A stretch of DNA of 64,000 bases from Octopus sinensis (lineage: Eukaryota). The notes under the pieces are model-generated. The model had not been told where the DNA came from and did not search any database. It saw only the letters and a list, made by a program, of their open reading frames with translations. The stretch covers positions 29,139,360 to 29,203,359 of the forward strand of contig NC_043019.1 of the NCBI RefSeq assembly GCF_006345805.1. Reading direction: 5' to 3'. The position numbers and the translations under genes are program-made. Positions 39,156 through 50,930 of this stretch are shown piece by piece; position 1 is the stretch's first letter, and every line of letters starts with the position of its first letter.

Positions 39156-42099
39156 CTGTCTATTGTAATGCTTCTTTATTCACTTGAGTATTGGGCCTTA
39201 TGGAGGCAATGACGAATGACTGGGACCTTTGGTATTATGCTGAGCTTGAGAAGAAGACCTATCAAGCCAACTAAAATCACAGTTGTAGCAGATACTGGTG
39301 TCATGCAAATGGCACCTGTGCCAGTGGAATGTAAAAGCACCCATTACACTCTCAGAGTGGTTAGCATTAAGAGGGGCATCCAGCAGCAGAAACCATGCCA
39401 GATCAGACTAGAGTCTGGTGTAGCTTTCCAGCTTGCCAGCCCTGGTCAAACTGTCCAACCCATGCCATCATGGACAATGGACGTTAAATGATGATGATGA
39501 TGAAGAAGATGATGATGATGATTGTTTTGAATTACATATGATTTATCTTTTTGTATTGAGATTTTGATGATGTGTTTATTTATTTTTAGAATGACATTGC
39601 ATGGTAAGTGTGAGAGGCCAAACATGGTCAGTCTGTAAATCAAACATGTAGACTATTTGGGCTGGATATGGCTGGTTTAAAAGCTAAAGGGTTAAGGCTT
39701 TTAATGGTATTACTGAGCAGGCAACTGTTTTTGCACCCTAACCCTACCCCAATCTCCAGGAACCAAAATCCCTCAAATTACAGTCTACAGCAGTCGTGAG
39801 CAACAAATGACTTTCTGGAGGGCATGCCTAAGGTAAAAATTCTGTGAAAATATTTTAGCAGATATTTTTGCCTGATGGTGAGCCATGTCTCATGCAGCCT
39901 GCTTCTTGAAAAAGGCTGCCCAAACCTGCTTTACTGTCTTAAAAAAGACAGAAGGGCACATTAAACAATATATTCCTAGATATACAAAGTTTGGATGGAA
40001 TGCCTTTGATCAAAAGTGTATTAGAAGCACATAGAACTACATTATCCAATATCTTCTTCCTTTATTTAAGATCACAAGGTGAAGTATGTGAATTTTGGAA
40101 GATCTGGCCCTCAGTTTTAGCAGATTAAGCTACCACAAAGGATCTCTTGTTGGTGAATACATAATGACTAGTTGTTATTTATTCCCAAGTTACCTCTAGC
40201 CAAGCACACCTATGATCAAAAGTGGTTCCTTCCATGATCATCCATGTCTTTTAATCAGTATGTACAGCAATGTTGTTCAATGTGTCCTTCCCCAAGACAG
40301 TAAAGTGTGATTTGGCAACTATTTCTAATATTTCTTTGATGGCCATGAATGATAAGCGGAACAGACTAGTGATCAAAGATGTTTCAGCCATGACTGCCCA
40401 ATCTTTTTAGAGTTAAATAAAATATTATCTCGTGAGTTCAATGCCATTGCTTGGCATCTTGAGTAAATCTCTTTACCACAGCTTCATTCATCCTAAAGGT
40501 TATTCAACTTGATAAATTTGAATTCGTGTGTTAGTGTGTTTAATACTTGTTTCAAATTTTGACACAAGGTTAGCAATTTCAGGAGAGGGGCTACATCAAT
40601 TACATCAACCCCAGTATTCAACTGGTATTTAGGATGAAAGGCAAAGCTGACTTAGGGGAATCTGAACTCAGAATGCTAAGCATTTTGCCCAGCATGCAAA
40701 TTATCCTTGTATTTAATTTTAAGAACAGGGTAAAATAAATGAATAAATAAATAAAATATAAAAAAAAAACCCTCTTCCCAATTTCTTTTTTTTTTTCCTT
40801 TTGCAACAAATAAACAAATAAAATGCAATTAGAATAAATAAAATAAAACATTTTTAAAAATGAAGAATATGAAAAAGAAATGATCTCATCAGTTTGGCTC
40901 AAGCTTTGTGAGTGAAGCTGGGTAAATGGAAATTGAACACAACACATCAGATGGATTTTTACTTGTAATTTATAATCCAGTCTTGTCACATATTCTATTA
41001 TGTTGACTACCTGAGAGTTACATTAAGGGTACACAGGGCTGTGGTATATTCAGCCGTGTCCACACTATATCAATGAGTAGGTAGTTCAGTTTATTAAGCA
41101 ACTGAATGATCATCATTGAAGCTAATGGAGGTCCATACCAAACTAATGAAACTTTTCCTCATCCTAAGGCAGAGGTATGTGATTTAATGAAAACTTAGCT
41201 GCAATTTCTAGCAGCCTGGATAGCAAAATAGAAGCTATCGCACATTGGCTCAATGTTATTTTTGGTATGTGGTTGTGTGTGTGTGTATATGTATGCGTGC
41301 GCACACGTATGTGTAAGTGTGTGTATGTATGGAGCTGTGTTTGCAGACTCTGCAAGTCTTGTGAACTTAATGATCAACAGATTCAATCAAGCCAGTGTTC
41401 CAAACCTATGAAGCTGCCAAACAATCAGGTTATTTTATAGTCTAATTTATATCAAAGACATTTTATATATGTATATATATATATGTATATAAATAAACAC
41501 ACACACATATTCTCACTCTTTTCTATTCTGTGTGTATAAGTGGGTGTGTGTGTGCATGTACACATCTATAGATTTTTACTTTTATTCAACATCCCATTAA
41601 AGCCTACATGTAAACAAAATGTGATGGAAGAAATAAGACAAAATAATTGTTTATTTGTTTATTTCTTCCTTCCTTCCTCCTTTTACTGAAAAGGTTCTCT
41701 AAAGAAAACACAATTTTATATCGTAATGGCCTTTAAAATAAAATTAAAACCAACACAAGCACAGCAAACAAAACCAAAAAAAAAAATTTATCTGGCTTAA
41801 AATGAATTCTTTACTTCAGCAGGCAATGGCTATGTGGTTAAGAAGTTTGCCTCACAAACTACATGATTTCTGGTTTGATACACTGTGGTGTAGTAAGTTG
41901 AGCAAGTGTCTTCTACCCTGAAAGATCTCAGATCAACCAAAACCTTGTCTATACAATTTGGTGTATAATGCAACCGATAATAAACCGGCAGCTTGTTCTG
42001 GGAGGTGTTGGGTAGGAGCACAAAGGATGCAAGTCACAGGGTCCCTGGAGCATGTTCAGGAGTGAACAACCACTAATGATTGTTAGTTGCATAGTATCT

Positions 42100-42460
42100 T
42101 ATAGGTGCAGGCATATGGTTAGGAGGCAAGTTTCCTAACCACATAGTTCTAGGTTCAGTCCCACTTTGTGGCACCTTGAGCAGGTGTCTTCAACAATAGT
42201 CTTGGGCTAACTAAAGCCTTGTGAGTGGATTTGGGGAACTGGAAGAAGCCAGTCATGTGTGTGTGTGTGTGTGTGTATTTGTGTTTGTCCCCCACTACTG
42301 CTCGACAACTGGTATTGGCGTGTTTTCCTCCCTATAACTTAGTGGTTCAGTAAAAGAGACTGATAGAATAAGTACTAGGGGTTGATCCATTCAATTAGAA
42401 ATTCTTCAAGGCAATGCTCCAGCATGGCCACAGTCTAATGACTGAAACAAGTGAAAGATT
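42100..42460 (+). mobile_element. Old family A SINE
   Basis: Diverged head, GGTTCAGTCCC B box, GACTGAAACAAG tail. Confidence 0.7.
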
Positions 42461-42939
42461 GAAAATAGTCTCAGGTAGTCATGCTTGGTAATTCAGCCTT
42501 GACAGTCTAATCACTGGAGTAAACCACTTCAAAGCTTGGAGAGCAGGGAATCTCTCCATGTCAAGTTGCTACTTCTCCACATCCACATTGATAATGTGGA
42601 GAAGTACTTTGATACTACAGAGATATGATTGGAACGCCATAGGAAAGAATCGCCAGACAGATTCTTCAAGGTGAGCCAACTTGATGGCGACCTCAGAGTA
42701 GACTATCCTTTCAGACTTGGGCCCCTGTGTTTAACTTTACCCTCCACTTGGGCACCTGAGCGAAAAAAATAGATAGATGCATATACAGCTCAAGAGTAAT
42801 GATTGTAGGCAAAGTAAAAGACAGAAACACACAAAAAGGGGGGGGGGGAAATAACAATAATAAGCCTTTCTCTAAACTACCATACTTGTTAGGTAAACTT
42901 ATGGACAGAAACACACAAAAAAAAAAAAAAAAAATTCAT

Positions 42940-43180
42940 GGGAATAACAAAATCTGTCAACAACCATATTTGTTCACCCGAATCGGTAATTTCCTCATCA
43001 CTTTCACCAGTTTGATTGAACCACTCTTATTGCCTGTGTAAGGGTAAACTCTTCATCCGAAGAATAGATAACATCAATAATTTCCTCAACTGCAAAGAGT
43101 CCAGGCCTTGCTTGTTTACAAGACAAAGTGCTGGGTTTATCACAAGCTCATTTCATTGCAAAATCGTTTTTGTTTTCTTC
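42940..43180 (-). mobile_element. Possible decayed piggyBac transposase N-terminus
   Basis: LFAVEEIIDVIYSSDEEF then, after a frameshift, GESDEEITDSGE; acidic N-terminal style only. Confidence 0.3.
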
Positions 43181-44046
43181 CCCCCCCCCCCGATTAAAAA
43201 CAAAAGTAAACAACAGCTATTGGGAGGGGACACATCATAAGCAATGAGTCATAAACACACTTGACTACAAAGCTGCAACATGATCAATTGTCTATTTTTA
43301 ATATTTTATCTTCTTTTTCTGCATGTGTTGTTCATTACCATTTTACAGGGAATCTGGAAGAAATTATGTTTATGCTATTCCTACAAATTCTGGGAACAGG
43401 GCACGATAAGGTTAAGAATGAGATGGCTGGATAATAATCGGTAGTCTCAGTTAGTCATGCTTGGGAATGCAGCTGGAAAGTGTAATGGCAGTTGCTTTTG
43501 ATAGGACCCTACGGAGGAAGTCCTTGAGGACTCTATACCCGCAACCATCCGAAGAATAGTGGGCAGAGAAGATTAGTAGATGGAAAACTGTGTGGAAGTT
43601 TGTTGGAGAGACCATTAACTGGTTTTGGGGGTAAGAGACTTAATTTGTCCCCCACAGTTAAACACCACCTCTTAGCTCTTGAGTGTCATTGTAGTTTACA
43701 CTGTTGCAAGCATTTAGAGCAAAGCCCTGGTCCCCAAGTTTTGAGAATAACAACCTTCCACCAGCCCTGAAGAGTATCATGGGTGTGGTTCCTCAACCCA
43801 CTAATTTTAGAGGTTATGAAACCAATCATATATAACAGCCCTTTCACCTCTCACTAAACCATGAACAAAAAAAATTTCCTTTTATGAAAAAAAAAATTTT
43901 TTTTAAAAAACCCAAACAAACATAAAAATATAAATAGTTACCGACCTGATACTGTCTTACAGTGCGAGGGGGTCCATGAGCTGGAGGCTTTTTCTTTTTG
44001 CTATGTGTAGTCATGTTGGTATCAAATTGAGTAAGTGAGAGAGAGG

Positions 44047-44091
<45 letters not shown>

Positions 44092-46456
44092 GGAGAAAGA
44101 GAGAGGGTGGAATGGAGAGAGGCAGAAAGAAAGAAAAAGTGTTGATGGAAGTGAGGAAGTGACTAGAATAATATTACTGCATCTGCATAGAAAATTTTTC
44201 TATCTTTATAGATCAATTATTTAGTATTCTTCTTATCATTATTATTAAAGCTATATACTGTATATTGTAACAGGGGATAAACAAGAGAGGCATTAGCTAG
44301 TTAATATATAGTATTTATGAGTATGACTATGCCTGTAAGAGTATGACAGCAAGAGAACAAGGGTGAATGAACATGTGTCTCTATGTTATACTAAACGAAA
44401 GCCAAACGTGAAAACATTCACACCACTAAAATCACTCTTTATATATATATATATATATACATACATACATATATATATAAACTATAAACACAAACCAAGG
44501 GAAAACAGAACAAGTCTTGTGACTACAATCCACATTTAAAGAAATCAAATTTTATCTAAAAATGCAAAAAAAAAAGAAGAAAAAAAAAGAAAGAAAAGGT
44601 TAGTGGGGAATCTAATGTTAGACAACTGATTGAATCTAATTGAATTTCTATGTATTGCTAAACCAAACCAAATGAAATATTAAAAGTAGCTATGTTTCCT
44701 TTCATTAATGTTTGAAAACAAAAACTTCTGGCAAGATTTTATTCCTAAAAGAATCCTGCCAGCAAAAAAAAAGAAAAAGAAGTAATATGATAAACAACTC
44801 AGAATAAAAATGTTTGCTTCCAATACAAATGGTGTATTATCTGTAGATAGACCTGCATCAATATTAGAATCAAATTAGGAGATTTGGAAAATATTTTGAT
44901 AATGAATTAATTAGCTCTTGGAATTAATTTCAAAAATATTAAGAAATACATAACTATAGAAGATGATGATCAGAGAAAGGACCAAAAAAGAAAAAAAAAT
45001 GAGAGCTTCAAATAGTTATGTTTAATAAATTTGGTTAAACCCTGTAGATGTAAATAGAAATAAAGATAGGAAAGATGTCTAATTCCTCAGGAAAATACAA
45101 TTCTAAAAACAAGATAAATTAGACAAAAATAAATCTTAAAACTCTTGGGAACTTTAGATAATGCTGAAAGAGATTTCAACAAAATACATAACTAGGTAGA
45201 AAAATGGTTGAGACTACAGAGAAATTCGAAGAATTAGATGTATAAATTTGGAAAATGCTCAAAGTGATTTCATTTAAAAACATACATGTCAGAAAATGGC
45301 TGACAACCTTAGAGAAACTCTAAGAATAAGATATAGTGAAAATTCGGAAAAACGCTCAAAGTGATTTCAACTAAATACATACGAGGCAGGAAGGTGTTGG
45401 AACAAACCGAAGTGGAACTCTAGGAAACTGTTGTAGTGAAATCAAGTTTTTTTTTTTCTTTCTTCCCTCTCCATTTAGTAATGTGTAACGAGTAGAAATT
45501 AAATAGAATAAGCTTAAGGATAAATAACTTACGAATTCTATTAAAGCAAGAAGTAGAAGGAAGTTTTCTGAGGATAGAAGAAGAAATAATATAATCATGG
45601 AAAGAATTGATATGAATCTGAAAACATATAAGAGAGGCGAGAACTATCAAGCTAAGACAGGCCAGGCCAGTCTAGCTGGTAAAGGTTTGCAGCTGGGATA
45701 GAATAGGAAAAAAAAAAAAAAAAATTAACATTAATTATAAAGTAACTATAGCATGTTCTAATCATAATGATGTAAACTATCTTATCAGTGAATATTTAAT
45801 TGCAGTTCAGAACTCCACTTTGAACGTTACCCCCCTCAACATCAGCTCTTAGCATATAACACCCCACTCATCAAAATTCTTCTCCATCCCACACTATCGC
45901 AAAACTAATTTTCCAGTTTACACACATTATGAGATATGTCAAAAAATATATATATATATATATAAATAAATAAAAAGCTAGCAAACAAACAACACAACAT
46001 ATCATGAAAAATTATAAACACAAGAAATTACATTGAACATGATTGTTTTATTTCATTTAATTCATCACTTATCTTGCTAATGTTGTTTAATCCCAAGTAG
46101 GCCTTGATTGAGCAAAATAAAGAAAAAAGTCACACTAGCTGTGACCATTTCATTCTTCTTTTTTTTCTCTCTCTAAACATAGTATACATCTCAATTCCAG
46201 CCTCTTTATTAAGTCTACAGAAGTTGATTGTTCTCATTGCACTGTCCATGCAGGGATATTCTCTTAGCAGTTATTTTCCTAATTGTGTTGTTGCTTGCTT
46301 ATTCTGCTTGAACTAGAATATGTATTGTTTGTCTCATCCATGACTAGACTCATGCCCCATAGCTTAACTACATTTAGCATATGACACTTCATCAATGCTT
46401 ATACTTGCTATTCCATTGTCCTAGTTTGAAATTCCAGGAATGTTACCAAAAATGAC

Positions 46457-46505
46457 AAGCACCTGACGAAGGCCAGAGGGAAACAACAGCTGAAACATTG
46501 TGATT
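46457..46505 (+). ncRNA. Decayed hammerhead motif
   Basis: AAGCAC-CTGACGA-...-GAAA-CATT|GTGATT; CATT plausibly from CGTT by CpG decay. Confidence 0.4.
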
Positions 46506-46726
46506 ATAACAACCAAGATGAGGACACTAGTCCAAATATATATATAAGTGTATAATAATGGTGATCATTCATTTCAGAATTTCAGACAAAATTATTAAGA
46601 TCCAGGAAATAATTTACAGTATGCATATATGGTATTAAGATATGGGAAATAATTGAGAGCATTCATATATGGTATTAAGACCGGTAAGATTTAAATTTGA
46701 TACCATAAACATATAAGACACTTATA

Positions 46727-47261
46727 TTGGGTTGTCTGGAAAGTTCGTGCTGAATTACAGTAGCCTACCTTTCGACTTATTTTAGAACATGGTTGAGTCC
46801 ATAAAATAGGATTTGACTTCACCTCTATTTAGAGCACAGTTTAAGCTATGCTTTCATGGAAGAAGGTTTATGTTCGTATAACTTGTGTTAATTCTGTAAC
46901 CCTTTAAAATGGAAAATAAGAAAGTTCATTTTTGGCACTTGATGCTTTGGGAACCAGACAAAAATTGCTGCAGCTCAACTGGGATGTGTTACTCCCACCC
47001 TCCAATATTCACCAGATTATTGCTCCTTCAGATTTCCACTTATTCAGGTCTCTGCAGAATAGTCTTAAGGAAACCTTGATGAATTCTTTGCCATGAAACC
47101 ACCTCAATTCTGGGAAGAGGGTATTTTCAAGTTAAAGGAAAGATGGAGACACACTGTGCAACAAAATGGTTCATATTTGGTTGATTAAAAATGTAATGGC
47201 AAGTATTTATTGGCCTTTTTCTTGCCTTTAAAAATCGGCATGAACTTTCCGGACAACCCAA
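46727..47261 (+). mobile_element. Internally deleted mariner
   Basis: TA|TTGGGTTGTCTGGAAAGTTC...GAACTTTCCGGACAACCCAA|TA; MENKKVHFWHLML, a frameshifted HPP.SPD, APSDFHLFRSLQNSL, and C-terminal GIFKLKERW...QNGSY. Confidence 0.88.
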
Positions 47262-47274
47262 TATAGACTTGTAA

Positions 47275-47858
47275 ATTGACATCAAAATCCACAGTCAGTT
47301 ATGGTTTGGGCAGTTGTGACAGCCACTGGAAGGTCTCCCCTCATTTTTGTGCCCTTGGGGGTTAAAATTAAAACCCAGCAATACATTAGTGACATTCTGG
47401 AAGCTGAACTGCTTCCATGGACAAATGAGCACTTTCAAGACACATCTTGGAGCTTCCAACAAGACTCATTACCATCTCACAGCTCCAAACAGACATGAAA
47501 CTAGATTTAGAAAAACATTCCCTCGTTCATAGGTAAGGATGTATGGCCCTCAAGAAGCCCTGATCTCAACCTGTTGGATTTTTCTGTTTGATCGATTTCG
47601 GAGATCTGGTTCTCGAGCACACCTCATGCTTTGCTCAAAGCTCTGAAGGTAAAATTGTGTCACGAATGGGCTTTGATTCTACAAGTTGTGTGTGAAGCAT
47701 TCTCACCTGGACTTAAAGTTGTGATTCAAAACAGAGGAGGTCATATCGAATAAATGTGATTGTGTCATAATTGAGCAATGCTTGGACCCGAAGTATAAAA
47801 ACATCTTGCTTTGGCAAAATTGAGAGAACTTGGTTGCCTTAATTTTGAGACACCCTAT
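47275..47858 (+). mobile_element. DD37D (maT-type) transposase 3' remnant with right TIR
   Basis: SVMVWAVV...FQQD-(37 codons)-D in SPDLNLLD, counted in frame through three stops; ends TTTTGAGACACCC-TA. Confidence 0.8.
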
Positions 47859-47879
47859 ATATATATACACTTACTTGTA

Positions 47880-48125
47880 TCTTGAGGGTTAAGATGTATA
47901 ATATAGTTATGACCATATTAAGTATTAAAATGTGTGACATAATTATGACCATATAAAGCATTAAAATGTATGGCATAATTATGACCATACAATTATGATT
48001 GTATAAGGTATTAAGATGTATGATGTAATTACAAACATATAAAGTATTAAGATATGAGATATAATTATGACCATATAAGGTATCAAGATGTGTGCTATAA
48101 TTATGACCATATAAGGTGTCAACAT
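47880..48125. repeat. ~36-bp minisatellite
   Basis: About 6-7 copies of ATAATTATGACCATATAAGGTATTAAGATGT. Confidence 0.85.
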
Positions 48126-48431
48126 TCATAAAATATGTGAGAACCGTATTTTAGATAAAGTAAACTTCTTGGGGGTCTGAGATTTTTTTATGGTAAATTT
48201 TATGTTGTATAGGAATTTTTTTTAGTGAAAATGCATTTATTGCATAAATGAAGTGGATGTAGTAAATAAGAAAATAATAGAGATACATTGAAATGAATAG
48301 CATTTTATTAGCTGCTAAATGTGTAGTAAACAAGCATTTTTTTTAAGAGGTGGGTAGCACATTTCTAAAATGATAAAAAAAAAAAGGTATTTTGAAATTG
48401 TAAAATATGCACACACACACACTTATAATCA

Positions 48432-48462
<31 letters not shown>

Positions 48463-48986
48463 ATACATACATACATATATCTTACTTTGCTATTGCTAGA
48501 TAATGAATACATGCTTATTACAATTTCCAAAATTGCCGTTAGCTCAGTTTTCCTCATTATTCTGGATGCTGTTATTTTGGTAAATTTCCTGTATTTCAAA
48601 ATTTGTGAACTAAAGAGCTGCTTGTTTTTATTTGATCTAGCAACGAGTAGTACGGGGATTAGTGGAGAGATATATTTAGGCTTATTGGGTATCTGACTTC
48701 CTCTTCTCTATCCTTGGTTTACGAAGTTACTATGAAGATATTCAGGAGAATATGTCTATGGAATCATGCATCTGTAGACCACAGAAATAAAAAAAAAAGA
48801 AAGAAAACAGAATGAGTGCCCTGTTCGGTAGATTGACAATATGCAACCTTTGGGTCCATTGTCAAGTTTTATCTTTCTCCGTGGGTCTTCTATTGCTGTT
48901 GCTACAAGAGTCTTTGCTATTTTGATCGTGTTGTTGCCACCTCTACATTAACATCACTAATACTTAATTCTCCGGTTAACAAGTGA

Positions 48987-49020
<34 letters not shown>

Positions 49021-49226
49021 ATATAGGGTGAAATTAATTAATCTGGAATAATCATTAATTTCACCAAGTAGATTTCGGCATGTAAAAGCCCTATTCGAGG
49101 AAGGTTTAAGTAATACTGAGTAATTAAGGGTTTAGCAACGATTTGTCTCACCACACACCGAATTTAGAAATAGCAGTCAAAGAGTTATGGCTATTCTTTC
49201 TACTTAAGTAGAATTACTTAGTATTA

Positions 49227-49265
<39 letters not shown>

Positions 49266-49556
49266 GGTTGCTAGGCTGCTTGATCAGCTAGTAATAGATG
49301 AAAAATCTCACTTAAACCACATAGCCCTGCTACCTAAGAACAAAAATACACACACACACATACATACATACACATATGATTTCACTTAGGCAGAGCGATA
49401 CTGGTAACAGTTGTTAGAACTCAGTATATATATATATATATATATATATAGTTAATCCAAACAAGAAAACACAAAAAAACAAACAAACACAACAACACGA
49501 GGACGTGGAACAAATATAGTATTATTGGATGCTCAGGAAAGAAGGGAAGAAGGAGG

Positions 49557-49591
49557 GTTTAACATTTCGAGCGGAGCTCTTCGTCGGAAAC
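49557..49591 (-). ncRNA. Minimal type-I hammerhead (U4C variant)
   Basis: GTTT-CCGACGA-A GAGC TCC GCTC-GAAA-TGT-T|AAAC. Confidence 0.6.
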
Positions 49592-49875
49592 ATAGGAGAA
49601 GGAAAGATCCCAAGAAGGGAAGACAGAGGAAAAATATCGCCAATGGTACTCACAAGGTCACATATATATATATATATATATACATAAATTATTAGAGAGT
49701 TATCCACTATGTGGATAACTCTAGTGCTAAAAATAGCTCCGAAGCAACCACAGAAGATCCGTTTCCAACTAGAATCAACACACATCTAACTGAAGGAAAG
49801 TGAAATACAACGAATAAAATAGATTGACTCTATACAATTGTTTCATTACTAATGCAATATGTAGTTTTCTGACAA

Positions 49876-49951
49876 ACTCTACCGAAGATTTATAGATGCA
49901 AGTGTAAGTAAAACTACATATTGCATTAGTAATGAAACAATTGTATAGAGT
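49876..49951 (+). ncRNA. Type-I hammerhead, array copy 1
   Basis: ACTCTA-CCGAAGA-long stem II-GAAA-C AATT G-TA|TAGAGT; predicted cut after 49945. Confidence 0.72.
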
Positions 49952-50364
49952 CAATCTATTTTATTCGTTGTATTTCACTTTCCTTCAGTTAGATGTGTGT
50001 TGATTCTAGTTGGAAACGGATCTTCTGTGGTTGCTTCGGAGCTAATTTTAGCACTAGAGTTATCCACATAGTGGATAACTCTCTAATAATTTATGTATAA
50101 ATTTGTATTCCTCCGTAGTTTTTTGTGCTAAGCCACTTGGTGTTAAATTGACGGTATTATTAAATTAATATCGATTTTTCACCCTCATTTATAATTTTAT
50201 AAATTTAACTACGCGGCAGTCATATTTTATTTGATGCGGCATACGTTTCCAATGGAGTCTAGGCATGCTTTTGGCGCGGAATTTGAGACATAACTAAAAT
50301 GTAATTGGTTGGACCGCTCATGTTTTTGACGTCCGAATCGATCTAATTAATTGCATTTCTGACA

Positions 50365-50440
50365 ACTCTACCGAAGATTTATAGATGCAAGTGTAAGTAA
50401 AACTACATATTGCATTAGTAATGAAACAATTGTATAGAGT
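50365..50440 (+). ncRNA. Type-I hammerhead, array copy 2
   Basis: Identical motif; predicted cut after 50434. Confidence 0.72.
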
Positions 50441-50854
50441 CAATCTATTTTATTCGTTGTATTTCACTTTCCTTCAGTTAGATGTGTGTTGATTCTAGTT
50501 GGAAACGGATCTTCTGTGGTTGCTTCGGAGCTATTTTTAGCACTAGAGTTATCCACATAGTGGATAACTCTCTAATAATTTATGTATAAATTTGTATTTC
50601 CTCCGTATTTTTTGTGCTAAGCCACTTGGTGTTAATTGACGGTATTATTAAATTAATATCGATTTTTCACCCTCATTTATAATTTTATAAATTTAACTAC
50701 GCGGCAGTCAATATTTTATTTGATGCGGCATACGTTTCCAATGGAGTCTAGGCATGCTTTTGGCGCGGAATTTGAGACATAACTAAAAATGTAATTGGTT
50801 GGACCGCTCGTGTTTTTGACGCCCGAATCGATCTAATTAATTGCATTTCTGACA

Positions 50855-50930
50855 ACTCTACCGAAGATTTATAGATGCAAGTGTAAGTAAAACTACATAT
50901 TGCATTAGTAATGAAACAATTGTATAGAGT
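50855..50930 (+). ncRNA. Type-I hammerhead, array copy 3
   Basis: Identical motif; predicted cut after 50924. Confidence 0.72.

Noticed and set aside
47880-48125. 36-bp periodic repeat as a CRISPR array
   Set aside because: No unique spacers, degenerate contiguous units, no cas genes, animal DNA.
50053-50061. TTATCCACA (bacterial DnaA box) in the array hairpin
   Set aside because: Eukaryotic repeat context with no bacterial features; a coincidence within a palindrome.
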